DNA of 64,000 nt from contig CBDEGZ010000003.1 of the NCBI GenBank assembly GCA_965238175.1, positions 1,600,001-1,664,000 on the forward strand, in the 5' to 3' direction. Source of the DNA: Gammaproteobacteria bacterium. GTDB taxonomy: Bacteria > Pseudomonadota > Gammaproteobacteria > CAJXQU01. Of the stretch, positions 30,516 through 40,548 are shown piece after piece. Position 1 is the first letter of the stretch. Each line of letters begins with the position of its first letter. Below the pieces are notes generated by a model. It made no database searches, had not been told where the DNA came from, and saw only the letters and a program-made list of their open reading frames with translations. Both the position numbers and the translations under genes were made by a program.

Positions 30516-30517
30516 AG

Positions 30518-30552
30518 TATGAGTATAGAAATATGAGTATAGAAATATGAGT
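30518..30552. repeat. 14-bp tandem repeat, 2.5 copies
   Basis: TATGAGTATAGAAA x2 followed by TATGAGT. Confidence 0.85.
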
Positions 30553-30583
30553 TATATAGATTTAAAGCAATTGGGGATGTAAT

Positions 30584-31750
30584 TTGAAAATTAGTTTGAT
30601 TATACCCTCTTTTTATCCTGCTACAGCTTATGGTGGTCCAATATTCTCCAGTTTGCATGCGTGTGAATCTTTAGCTGAGCTTGGTGATAATGAAGTGTGT
30701 GTTTCAACAACAAATGCCAATATGACGTCAAAGCTTGATGTTAAAAAAAACATATGGATTAGGTTTAAACATAATTTTTTTGTGAAGTACTATGACGAAA
30801 CTTTCGTAGATAAAGTCTCCTTATCATTATTTTTATACGTCTGGAAAGATATAAGGAATGCTGACGTAATACATATACAAGGTATCTTTAGTACACCGAC
30901 ACCAATTTCACTTATATATTCAAAAATTTTTCGTAAACCTGTTTTATTGTCACCAAGAGGCTCCTTTTGTATGTGGGGATTGGATCAGGGAAGTAAATTT
31001 AAATCATTATGGATGCGCTTTTTAATACAACCATTCAGTAAATATATTTTTTGGCATGCTACAAGTGAATATGAGAAAAGAGATATTCTTAATCAATTTC
31101 CTAAGGCTAAAGTGTTCGTTGTTACCAATGGTATAAATCTAAAATCATACTCAAAGATCAATTATCTTGAAAAATCCGTATACGTAAAAAAATATGCAGG
31201 TGAAAATATATTGCCTACTAAGATTATCGTATCAATGGGTAGAATTCATAAAGTAAAAGGCTTCGATATCCTGGTCGAATCTTTCGCGGGAATATTGTCC
31301 CTTCATGCAAATGCCTTATTGTTCATAGCGGGTAAAGATGTTGGTGAACAAATGAAAATTGAACAATTAATTACAGATAATGGGTTGGAAAATAAAGTAT
31401 TCTTTGTTGGCGAATTATCTGGGCAGGACAAAATAGATTTTTTAGCGAATGCGGACCTATTTGCACTACCATCACATACTGAAAACTTTGGGAATGTTTA
31501 CTTGGAAAGTTTAGCATCAGGTACACCTATAGTAGCGAGTACTGGTACACCGTGGTCAAATGTTGAAAACGCTGATTGTGGTAAATGGGTAGAAAATACT
31601 GTTGAAAAAACAAGTAAAGCAATTTTAGAAATGTTAGAACAGGATAGAAAGAAAATGAGAGTAACTTCTAAGAAATTTTCCGAACAATATGATTGGCAAA
31701 ATATTGCTGTTCAATTTAGGAATGTTTTTGGAAAGATGATAAAAAAATAA
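30584..31750 (+). CDS. GT4 glycosyltransferase
   Basis: PATAYGGP, LSPRG, GRIHKVKG and ENFGNVYLES; TTG start. Confidence 0.9.
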   Translation: MKISLIIPSFYPATAYGGPIFSSLHACESLAELGDNEVCVSTTNANMTSKLDVKKNIWIRFKHNFFVKYYDETFVDKVSLSLFLYVWKDIRNADVIHIQGIFSTPTPISLIYSKIFRKPVLLSPRGSFCMWGLDQGSKFKSLWMRFLIQPFSKYIFWHATSEYEKRDILNQFPKAKVFVVTNGINLKSYSKINYLEKSVYVKKYAGENILPTKIIVSMGRIHKVKGFDILVESFAGILSLHANALLFIAGKDVGEQMKIEQLITDNGLENKVFFVGELSGQDKIDFLANADLFALPSHTENFGNVYLESLASGTPIVASTGTPWSNVENADCGKWVENTVEKTSKAILEMLEQDRKKMRVTSKKFSEQYDWQNIAVQFRNVFGKMIKK

Positions 31751-31777
31751 CTTTAATATTGATTGATGGGAAGGGAA

Positions 31778-32707
31778 ATGTCAAACCATAATGAGTTCGT
31801 TAACCCTAAGCTGCCAATAACAGCCATTATCATGACCTATAATGAGGAAAGAAACCTAAGAGTATGTATAGAGTCAATTAAAGATTATGTGGATGATATC
31901 ATTATTGTAGATTCTGTCTCTAACGATGCGACAAGAGAGATTGCTGAGGAGTTCACAAAGAAATTTTATCAAAATAAATTTATTAATCAGGCTAAACAAT
32001 TCTTATGGTCTATTGATAATACAGACATTAAAAATGAATGGATATTACGCGTTGATGCTGATGAACGATGGACAAAAGAAGGCTTTGATGAGTTGAGGTT
32101 GATTATTAGAGATACCACTGTTAATGGTGTGTATGTCAAGATGAAAATATTCTTTATGAAAAGATGGATTAAGTTTGGGGGAAATTACCCAAATTATTTT
32201 TTGCGTGTCTATAAAAGATCTAAAGGTAGAATGGAAGATCGTTGGATGGATGAACATATAAAAGTAGAAGGAAAAGTAGTCCATAGTGACATTGACGTTA
32301 TAGAATCCAATTATGATCGTCAAGAAAATATTTCACTTTGGACTTCTAAACATAATAGTTACTCTACACGTGAGGCGATAGATTTTTTGATTGCAAAAGA
32401 AAATATTTATACCGTTGATACGGTAGCTAATTTGTTTGGTAATAAAACAGAACGAAAGCGTTGGTTAAAAGAAAATATCTATTTTAGAGTTCCTTTGTTT
32501 GTGAGACCTGTACTCTATTTTATATATCGATATATTTTTCAACTCGGTTTCTTGGATGGGAAAGAAGGCTATATATATCATACCCTCCATGCTTTCTGGT
32601 ATCGCTTTCTTGTTGATGTGAAAATATATCAAATTCAACAACTAGCTAAGAGAGATGGGGCTAACATTCAGAGTGTTGTTAAAAATCATTACGGTATAGA
32701 AATTTAA
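31778..32707 (+). CDS. GT2 glycosyltransferase
   Basis: TYNEERN, VDS.SND.T, LRVDADE DXD motif, LGFLDGKEG. Confidence 0.9.
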   Translation: MSNHNEFVNPKLPITAIIMTYNEERNLRVCIESIKDYVDDIIIVDSVSNDATREIAEEFTKKFYQNKFINQAKQFLWSIDNTDIKNEWILRVDADERWTKEGFDELRLIIRDTTVNGVYVKMKIFFMKRWIKFGGNYPNYFLRVYKRSKGRMEDRWMDEHIKVEGKVVHSDIDVIESNYDRQENISLWTSKHNSYSTREAIDFLIAKENIYTVDTVANLFGNKTERKRWLKENIYFRVPLFVRPVLYFIYRYIFQLGFLDGKEGYIYHTLHAFWYRFLVDVKIYQIQQLAKRDGANIQSVVKNHYGIEI

Positions 32708-32711
32708 TAGT

Positions 32712-33746
32712 ATGAAGAATATGTTTACAGATAAAATATTACTGATCACGGGTGGAACGGGTTCATTTGGTAACGCAGTGTTAAGACGTTTCTTAGATAC
32801 AGATATAAAAGAAATACGTATTTTCTCACGTGATGAGAAAAAACAAGATGACATGCGTAAGTTTTATAATAAAAATAAGCTGAAATTCTATCTTGGAGAT
32901 GTGCGCGATGTGAACTCTATTACTGATGCAATGCGAGGGGTGGATTATGTGTTTCACGCTGCAGCCTTGAAACAGGTGCCTTCCTGTGAGTTTTATCCTA
33001 TGCAGGCAGTTCAAACTAATGTTATAGGTACTGAAAATGTGCTTAACGCTGCTATCAATTCAAATGTTAAGAAAGTTATTGTTTTGAGTACCGATAAGGC
33101 AGTCTACCCGATTAATGCTATGGGTGTTTCAAAAGCAATGATGGAAAAAGTGGCTGTCGCTAAATCACGAAATCTAAGTGACGATAAGTTAATAATTTGT
33201 TGTACTCGCTATGGTAATGTCATGGCTTCTCGTGGTTCGGTTATCCCTCTGTTTATTGATCAAATAAGAACGGGGAAAGAGATTACGATTACTGATCCGA
33301 ATATGACTCGTTTTATGATGAGTCTTGATCAGGCTGTGGAGTTGGTGCTATTTGCATTTGATAATGGTAGTAATGGTGATATTTTTGTTCAGAAAGCACC
33401 TGCAGCCACAATTGAACTATTAACCACAACGTTGAAAAATATATTCAACAAACCAGATCATAAGGTCAATATTATTGGTACACGTCATGGTGAAAAGCTA
33501 TATGAGACTTTGCTAACAAGAGAAGAGACGGTAACGGCAGAGGATATGGGTGATTATTATCGTATTCCTGCTGATTCACGCGACCTTAATTACAGTCAGT
33601 TTGTAGAAGAAGGTGAAACTATAGTTGCCCAATCTGAGGAGTATCATTCTCATAATACACATAGGCTAAATCAAGCTGAGTTGGCTGATATGTTACTCGG
33701 GCTAAGAGAAATACAGGAAGATCTACAGGAATTTGGGGTTATTTAA
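32712..33746 (+). CDS. fnlA: UDP-GlcNAc 4,6-dehydratase/5-epimerase (FnlA/WbjB/CapE)
   Basis: TGGTGSFG, SRDEKKQDDMR, KQVPSCEF, TDKAVYPINAMG and RHGEK. Confidence 0.92.
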   Translation: MKNMFTDKILLITGGTGSFGNAVLRRFLDTDIKEIRIFSRDEKKQDDMRKFYNKNKLKFYLGDVRDVNSITDAMRGVDYVFHAAALKQVPSCEFYPMQAVQTNVIGTENVLNAAINSNVKKVIVLSTDKAVYPINAMGVSKAMMEKVAVAKSRNLSDDKLIICCTRYGNVMASRGSVIPLFIDQIRTGKEITITDPNMTRFMMSLDQAVELVLFAFDNGSNGDIFVQKAPAATIELLTTTLKNIFNKPDHKVNIIGTRHGEKLYETLLTREETVTAEDMGDYYRIPADSRDLNYSQFVEEGETIVAQSEEYHSHNTHRLNQAELADMLLGLREIQEDLQEFGVI

Positions 33747-34861
33747 TGAGAGTTCTGGTTACGGGCAGTGATGGATTTGTTGGTAAAAATCTTATCGAAA
33801 AATTAAGCCGGATTGATGATCTTGAAATCGTCACATTTAATAGATCAGATACAGTTGAAGACCTAACTTTAATTATTAATGAGATTGATTTTATTTTTCA
33901 TCTTGCAGGCGTTAATCGGCCGGAAAACACAGATGAATTTTATGTTGGCAATACAGAACTGATCAAAAAAATTATCGTTGTTCTAGAAAAAAATGATTGT
34001 AATATTCCGATATTACTTAGCTCATCAATTCAGGCAGAAAATGATAATAATTATGGGAAAAGTAAGAGTCAAGCTGAGGAAGTTCTTGTTATTTATGCCC
34101 ACAATAATAATGTGCCTGTATATATCTACCGTTTGCCCAATGTTTTTGGGAAGTGGTGTCGCCCAAACTATAACTCTGTTATTGCTACATGGTGTTATAA
34201 CCTGACTCATAATCTACCTATTAAAATCAATGATGAAAATGCGGATCTGAGTCTAGTCTATATTGATGATGTGGTTGATAACTTCACTAACCATCTTGAT
34301 TTTGAAGGGCAAGCTAAAGTTAATGATTATTATTACAGAATAGATACAGTATATGAAAAAAAATTGATAGAAATTCGAGATTTACTGATTGAATTTGGTA
34401 ATAGTAGAAAGGACTTGATGGTATCAGAAGTTGGCGTTGGGTTTGAAAGGGCTTTATATGCTACTTATCTTAGCTACTTTCCTGCCGATCAATTTTCCTA
34501 TGAATTAAGTGGACATAGTGATGCTAGAGGAACTTTTTATGAGATTCTTAAAACATTTGGAAGTGGGCAGTTTTCAATTTCTACAACAAAACCAGGAATT
34601 ACTCGAGGAAATCACTATCACAATACTAAAAACGAAAAATTTCTGGTTATTAAAGGTGAAGCTCTTATTAGATTGAGGCAGATCCATAGTGATGAAATTG
34701 TCGATTATAAAGTGAGTGATAAAAAGATGGAAGTCGTCGAAATGATACCTGGCTATACTCATAACATTACCAATGTAGGCAGTAGCGAAATGTTGTTTCT
34801 AATCTGGGCAAATGAGGTGTTTGATCCCGATAATCCTGATACATATTATTTAGAGGTGTAG
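33746..34861 (+). CDS. fnlB: UDP-sugar reductase/epimerase with C-terminal cupin (FnlB/WbjC/CapF)
   Basis: HLAGVNRP, PNVFGKWCRPNYNS, RGNHYHNTKNEKF and PGYTHNI. Confidence 0.92.
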   Translation: MRVLVTGSDGFVGKNLIEKLSRIDDLEIVTFNRSDTVEDLTLIINEIDFIFHLAGVNRPENTDEFYVGNTELIKKIIVVLEKNDCNIPILLSSSIQAENDNNYGKSKSQAEEVLVIYAHNNNVPVYIYRLPNVFGKWCRPNYNSVIATWCYNLTHNLPIKINDENADLSLVYIDDVVDNFTNHLDFEGQAKVNDYYYRIDTVYEKKLIEIRDLLIEFGNSRKDLMVSEVGVGFERALYATYLSYFPADQFSYELSGHSDARGTFYEILKTFGSGQFSISTTKPGITRGNHYHNTKNEKFLVIKGEALIRLRQIHSDEIVDYKVSDKKMEVVEMIPGYTHNITNVGSSEMLFLIWANEVFDPDNPDTYYLEV

Positions 34862-34866
34862 TTAGG

Positions 34867-36000
34867 ATGAAAAAATTGAAAGTGATTACGGTGGTTGGTA
34901 CACGCCCGGAGATTATCAGGCTTTCTTCTGTACTCAAGAAACTGGATGAAACAGAATGTTTTGATCATGTTCTCATACACACAGGACAAAATTATGATTA
35001 TGAGTTGAATGAAGTATTTTTTAAAGATTTAGGTATTAAAAAACCAGACTACTTTCTAAGTGCTGCAGGCAAAAATGCAACAGAGACTATTGGTCAAATT
35101 TTGATCAATGTCGATCCAATACTCGAAAAAGAAACCCCTGATGCTTTTTTAGTATTGGGTGACACAAATAGTTGCTTGTGTGCTATCCCCGCTAAGAAAC
35201 GACAGATCCCTATTTTTCATATGGAAGCAGGAAATCGTTGTTTTGATCAGAGAGTGCCTGAAGAAACAAATCGTAAGATTGTTGATCATATCAGCGATAT
35301 GAATTTAACCTATAGTGATATCGCTAGAGAGTATTTATTAAGGGAAGGATTATCTGCAGATCGTATTATAAAAACAGGTAGTCCGATGTTTGAAGTTATT
35401 CAATCACATCTAAACAAAATAAATAGATCCCTTGTTCTTGAGAATTTGGAACTTGATAAAGAGAAATATTTTGTTGTTTCTGCACACAGAGAAGAGAATA
35501 TTTCGTCAGACCAAAATTTTTTTGGACTGGTTGATACTCTAAATATAATTGCAGAGCAATATAAACTGCCTATCATTGTTTCTACTCATCCTCGAACACG
35601 AAACAGGATTCAAGAAACAGGGGTTAAGTTTAATTCTCTGATTAAGCTAATGAAACCACTTGGTTTTATTGATTATGTGAAACTTCAGATTGAAGCAAAA
35701 GCAGTTTTGTCTGATAGTGGAACGATTTCTGAAGAGTCGTCTATTTTGAATTTTCCTGCATTAAATATTAGAAATGCTCATGAACGCCCTGAAGCGATGG
35801 AAGAAGCATCTGTATTGATGGTTGGATTAAATAAAGAACGTGTCATGCAAGGCTTGTCTATGTTGGAGAAACAAGATAAGTCAGATAAAAGAATACTAAG
35901 GCAAGTAGGTGATTACTCAATGCCTAATGTTTCAGATAAGGTTGTTCGTATCATTCTTTCATATACAGACTATATTAATCGAGTTGTTTGGCAAAAATAG
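34867..36000 (+). CDS. fnlC: UDP-sugar 2-epimerase (FnlC/WbjD/CapG; WecB family)
   Basis: VGTRPEIIRLS, HMEAGNRCFDQRVPEE, SDSGT and ERPE. Confidence 0.92.
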   Translation: MKKLKVITVVGTRPEIIRLSSVLKKLDETECFDHVLIHTGQNYDYELNEVFFKDLGIKKPDYFLSAAGKNATETIGQILINVDPILEKETPDAFLVLGDTNSCLCAIPAKKRQIPIFHMEAGNRCFDQRVPEETNRKIVDHISDMNLTYSDIAREYLLREGLSADRIIKTGSPMFEVIQSHLNKINRSLVLENLELDKEKYFVVSAHREENISSDQNFFGLVDTLNIIAEQYKLPIIVSTHPRTRNRIQETGVKFNSLIKLMKPLGFIDYVKLQIEAKAVLSDSGTISEESSILNFPALNIRNAHERPEAMEEASVLMVGLNKERVMQGLSMLEKQDKSDKRILRQVGDYSMPNVSDKVVRIILSYTDYINRVVWQK

Positions 36001-36006
36001 TAGTGT

Positions 36007-37200
36007 ATGAAAATTTGTTTGATAATTGATGATTATTTGCCCCATAGTATAAAAGTTGGGGCGAAAATGATGCATGAATTAGGCCTTGAATTTGTTACTT
36101 TGGGACATGAGGTAACAGTTATTACACCTGTTCCTGATTTGGTTTCAAGCTCTGAGATAATTGAACTTGACAAAATTAAGGTATGCCGTTTTCGTTCGGG
36201 TGAAATAAAGAATGTTTCTAAAGTCAGAAGAGCAATAAACGAAACCCTACTTTCATATCACGCGTGGAAAACATATAAAAACTATTTTAGAAAGAATCCT
36301 CATGATTTTATTGTTTATTATTCACCGACTATTTTTTGGGGTCAGTTGGTTTCAAAACTTAAAGAATTATGGGGTGTTCAGAGCTACCTAATCTTACGTG
36401 ATTTTTTCCCACAGTGGGCAATAGATAACGGACTCTTGAATGATAATTCCCTTATTACGAATTATTTCAGGTTTTTTGAACGGATAAATTACCAAGCAGC
36501 TGATACTATTGCAATTCAGTCGCCTAAAAATCTAGCATGGTTTTCTAAAACCACGAATACGGAAAGGCAGCTAGACCTTCTTTATAACTGGGCAGCTGAT
36601 GAACCTATAGCAGATGGTGAGAGTTACTATCGCCAACAACTTTGTTTAGAAAATAAAGTTGTGTATTTCTACGGGGGTAATATTGGTCATGCACAGGATA
36701 TGATGAATATTATGCGGCTGGCTAAATCATTGAGTTCTGAAGAAAGGGCTCATTTTGTTTTGGTGGGTAATGGTGATGAGGTTGAACTTGTTCGTGCCGC
36801 GATAGAGAAAGATGGCTTGCAGAATATAACCTTGTTGCCACCGGTATCACAAGATGAATTTAAACAAATGCTCGCTGAATTTGATATAGGACTATTCAGT
36901 TTGCATCGCGATCATACAACGCATAATTTCCCGGGAAAGTTATTAGGCTATATGGTTCAAAAGAAGCCTATTTTAGGTAGTATTAATGCTGAAAATGATC
37001 TGAAACCAATCATCGAAGATGCTAGGGCTGGATTTATTACTGTCAACGGTAATGATGAGGGCTTTTCTACAAACGCATTGAAATTATTGCATGATAATTT
37101 ATTAAGAAAAGCTACGGGTAGAAATGCAAAAAAGTTGTTGTACAAGACATTTTCTGTTGAGGCTGCTGCAAAAAAGATTTTAGGATCAAGTCAACTCTAA
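36007..37200 (+). CDS. wbuB: GT4 glycosyltransferase, WbuB/WbjE-like (putative L-FucNAc transferase)
   Basis: ILRDFFPQWA, YGGNIGHAQD and NFPGKLLGYM; directly follows fnlABC. Confidence 0.75.
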   Translation: MKICLIIDDYLPHSIKVGAKMMHELGLEFVTLGHEVTVITPVPDLVSSSEIIELDKIKVCRFRSGEIKNVSKVRRAINETLLSYHAWKTYKNYFRKNPHDFIVYYSPTIFWGQLVSKLKELWGVQSYLILRDFFPQWAIDNGLLNDNSLITNYFRFFERINYQAADTIAIQSPKNLAWFSKTTNTERQLDLLYNWAADEPIADGESYYRQQLCLENKVVYFYGGNIGHAQDMMNIMRLAKSLSSEERAHFVLVGNGDEVELVRAAIEKDGLQNITLLPPVSQDEFKQMLAEFDIGLFSLHRDHTTHNFPGKLLGYMVQKKPILGSINAENDLKPIIEDARAGFITVNGNDEGFSTNALKLLHDNLLRKATGRNAKKLLYKTFSVEAAAKKILGSSQL

Positions 37201-37400
37201 ATTTATAAAGGATAGTCAATAACACTAAGTCGTTCTTGCTAGCCTGTACAAAGCCTTATAGCATTGTCCAAAATATAACTTTGATAATTTGTATGACAGC
37301 AAAATACTGAACTGCTTGAAGTCTCTCCGATCATTTGGGGTTTTCTCGTACTATCATTGATGTTAATGGGTGTGTACTATTTTGATGTAGTTGTCACCGT

Positions 37401-37695
37401 ATGTTGACGCGGTGTTTGTGTTCTGTAATTAAACGCGTGATAAACTCAAGATATTGTATTGGGAACATACGGGGGTGTTTATGGCATCAACGACTGGAAC
37501 AAAATCGTTTTAAATGGCCGCATGAATTGGATGAGTCGGTGGTTATGTTGACCCCACAGCAACTTGCTGGATTACTGCGTGGATTATCGATTATGGAGCA
37601 TTAAGACCGGCACTATTCGGTTTTATCCTGATGCGGTAATGGTATAATCCGTACCATGAGTACGGCTACTTTAGAATAGGAAATCACTACGTTAA
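37401..37695 (+). pseudogene. IS66 relic (tnpB C-terminal half, possibly the start of tnpC)
   Basis: GCLWHQRLEQNRFKWP...LTPQQLAGLLRG matches the IS66 TnpB C-terminus. Confidence 0.7.
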
Positions 37696-37696
37696 A

Positions 37697-37804
37697 AAAG
37701 AGCGACTTGATAACTGGGAGTTATTGGGAAATGGAGAAGGGATCCATTGACCAGAGATAGATGAAGATCTCAGTGTTACCGGATTATTGGTTGGTTCTCA
37801 TTAA
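37697..37804 (+). pseudogene. DUF2442-domain (TA-associated) C-terminal fragment
   Basis: ERLDNWELLGNGEGIH*PEIDEDLSVTGLLVG, with TGA in place of the conserved Trp. Confidence 0.7.
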
Positions 37805-37844
37805 ATACTTTGAGCATCTAAAGTTTTTCAGTATAGCTAATCAT

Positions 37845-37946
37845 CTGAATACAAAAGAATTAGTTGATCAGGCTGCTTCATTGCCACAGGAGATCGTGCG
37901 TTGATAGTTGATTCATTGCTACGAAGCCTCAGTCAGCCTGATAAAG
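37845..37946 (+). pseudogene. Putative addiction-module antitoxin fragment (TIGR02574-like)
   Basis: NTKELVDQAASLP, then after a frameshift DRALIVDSLLRSLSQP. Confidence 0.65.
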
Positions 37947-38464
37947 TGAAAACCTCTGTGCTCATTTGTATTAACAAGCTTATAAGGATGTATCATGGGG
38001 TGTGAGATTATAAGGTGGGTATTGTTAGCTAATACTATCTGAACTTGGGATAAGGAAAGACAATGACTCCTTATGGTTCAATAGTTTATCCGCAAAGCAT
38101 AAATCTCGGCAGGAGCAGAGGACCCATAATGTTCTCATTTAAAGCTCAACGGTGATGTACAACGAAAAAAGTCAGAACCAATTGATTATATTAAACGATC
38201 CACAAGTTATTCAGATAATGAATTCCGATTTTTAAATCAATCACGCGCAGTTCCTGATAAAGATTAGCTGGAATGGATGCTACACAAGTTAAGTTATGGC
38301 TAAATGTTACCTGGAAATAATTGAGGAAACAGTTAAGATAAATACTTAAGTTAATTGAGTTGTGGATTGAAATGTGAAGGATAGTTATTAAACCACTGAA
38401 CTTATAGCTCACCTTAGCAAAGTCTTATAGCATTACCCCTAATAAACTTGCACAAGAAGATTAT

Positions 38465-38703
38465 ATGACGTCAATAAGCACTAATTACTGGGTACTTTCA
38501 CTATTTAGTTCAATTGAACATTTGTTGAGGTTATTTTTATTGGTTTTATTCTCGGGTTCATTAACAAAGCAACGAAGCGATGTTTTTGGGTGCGTTTGAC
38601 AACACTTATAGGTCCGGGTCAAGATTGGGCTGCTGGTGATGAATTGATCAGAAAATTTGCTAAGGATTTAGGTACAACATTGGATCCGTATATTCCTGAA
38701 TAG
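38465..38703 (+). pseudogene. Collapsed relic of a second exosortase-EpsI gene (C-terminus)
   Basis: SLTKQRSD / VRLTTLIGPGQDWAAGDELIRKFAKDLGTTLDPYIPE* aligns with the intact XrtD end SITKGRADGALVRL...LPNYVPD*. Confidence 0.7.
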
Positions 38704-38749
38704 AGCTTCTAACTTACTTTAGTCCTAACACACCCTATTTTAATACTCT

Positions 38750-40423
38750 ATGAACGATACGCTCATTCAGATAACTGATGATACCTCACCTTTGGTGGCT
38801 ATGGTTATCGCAATGGCTATCAGTATGTTGGTTATACCTGTTGTCTGGCGATATGCTGTCAAACTTGGAATGATGGATGAGCCGGGTGAACGTAAGGTTC
38901 ATGACAGAGCCATACCCAGGGTTGGTGGTTTAGGTATCATCGCTGGTGCATTAATTACCGTATTTTCACTACTACATATTGATCCAACTATAATGTCTTT
39001 TTTATTGGGTGCTTTAGTGATTGTCATCTTTGGGGTTTGGGATGACACACGTCAGGTAGAACCCTATCTAAAATTTCTCGGCCAATTTATAGCTATTTCA
39101 ATTATTATTTTTTATGGAGATATCTGGATAAAACAATTACCGTTTACTGGGAGTGATGATATTTCCCCTTGGGTAGGGATCCCATTCACTTACTTTGCCA
39201 TTATTGGTATGACGAATGCTGTTAATACATCAGATGGTTTGGATGGTATGGCGGGTGGAGAATCCTTATTAAGTCTGATCGTAATCGCTTTCTTAGCTTA
39301 TATCGCAAATGCTGGGGTTGATGGAATGGTTGCTTGTGTAATTGCGACAAGTTGTATCGGTGGTACTTTGGGGTTTCTTCGGTATAACACACATCCAGCA
39401 GATATTTTTATGGGAGATACGGGTAGTCAGTTTTTAGGTTATTCCTTAGGTTTTCTTGCTGTTTTGGTGACGCAAAAAGTTCATCCTTCGTTAAGTCCTG
39501 CATTGACCTTATTATTTCTGGGCTTGCCGGTGATTGATCTACTTGGTGTTATGGCGATACGAATAAAAAATGGACATAACCCCTTGCATGCTGATAGGAC
39601 TCATATCCATCATCGATTACTTGATCTGGGTTTTGATCATTATGAAACGGTTATCATTATATATTCGTTACAAACAATACTTGTAATCAGTGCAATATTT
39701 TTACGTTATGAAAGTGATTTGTTAATTATTCTTCTGTATATATCAACGGCGATAATTATTCTAGGTCTATTAACTATAGCTGAGCGAAGTGGTTGGCGAA
39801 CGGGAGTAGACGTGCAAGAACGAACAAAATTGTTTTCAACAGTTCATTATTTTCGTAGCCATAAAATCGATATTATTCGAATCGCACATAATGTGATCAA
39901 AATCATTATTCCATTCTATTTTATCTTTGTATCATTGTTTGTTGAAGCTATCCCTCGAGATTTTGGGTTGATTGCTGCAGTCTTATTCATCGTGATGACT
40001 TTGGATATGATCTTTAACAAAGATAAAAATAGTTTTTCGCTTAGCGGCGGGATCTATATTGCGGCAATTTTCTCTGTTTATCTGGTTGGACATTCTGAAG
40101 CGATTAAAGACTTTTCCTATCTGGATATTATTCCCTTTATCTTGTTAGCCGGTGCTATCGGAATTGTTGTACGTTATGGAATGGATAAGAAATTCCAAAC
40201 ATCACCAATGGATTATTTGATTGTCTTTGGTGTATTTGCCGTTGCTGTATTCGGGGAACGTTACTTGCAAATTAAAGATATTGGTATTTTGATCATAAAA
40301 TGCATGGTTATTTTGTACGGTTGCGAAGTGCTGCTGATGCGTATGGAAAAACGTGTTAATTCTTTGAATCTTATTTCCCTACTTGCTTTGCTTATTTTGG
40401 CTTTTCGCGGTTTACTTACATAA
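38750..40423 (+). CDS. wecA: WecA/MraY-family undecaprenyl-phosphate HexNAc-1-P transferase with long C-terminal membrane extension
   Basis: RKVH..PRVGG, GVWDD, NAVNTSDGLDG, IFMGDTGS and ADRTHIHHRL. Confidence 0.85.
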   Translation: MNDTLIQITDDTSPLVAMVIAMAISMLVIPVVWRYAVKLGMMDEPGERKVHDRAIPRVGGLGIIAGALITVFSLLHIDPTIMSFLLGALVIVIFGVWDDTRQVEPYLKFLGQFIAISIIIFYGDIWIKQLPFTGSDDISPWVGIPFTYFAIIGMTNAVNTSDGLDGMAGGESLLSLIVIAFLAYIANAGVDGMVACVIATSCIGGTLGFLRYNTHPADIFMGDTGSQFLGYSLGFLAVLVTQKVHPSLSPALTLLFLGLPVIDLLGVMAIRIKNGHNPLHADRTHIHHRLLDLGFDHYETVIIIYSLQTILVISAIFLRYESDLLIILLYISTAIIILGLLTIAERSGWRTGVDVQERTKLFSTVHYFRSHKIDIIRIAHNVIKIIIPFYFIFVSLFVEAIPRDFGLIAAVLFIVMTLDMIFNKDKNSFSLSGGIYIAAIFSVYLVGHSEAIKDFSYLDIIPFILLAGAIGIVVRYGMDKKFQTSPMDYLIVFGVFAVAVFGERYLQIKDIGILIIKCMVILYGCEVLLMRMEKRVNSLNLISLLALLILAFRGLLT

Positions 40424-40548
40424 GTCTCGAACTATCAACTGTGTGAGCGATTGATTTTCTTTACAAATGTTTCCACTACTTTTATTGTTTAATTATCCTC
40501 TGGTAGTAGGATCCGCTTACATATGAATAAAATACTCAGGAATTGATT

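Noticed and set aside
38560-38615. attC-like appearance (TTAAC...CGAAGCG...TTATAGG) next to TA relics, suggesting an integron cassette
   Set aside because: No proper R''/R' complementarity; the same bases translate as the exosortase-EpsI C-terminus, and no integron integrase is present.
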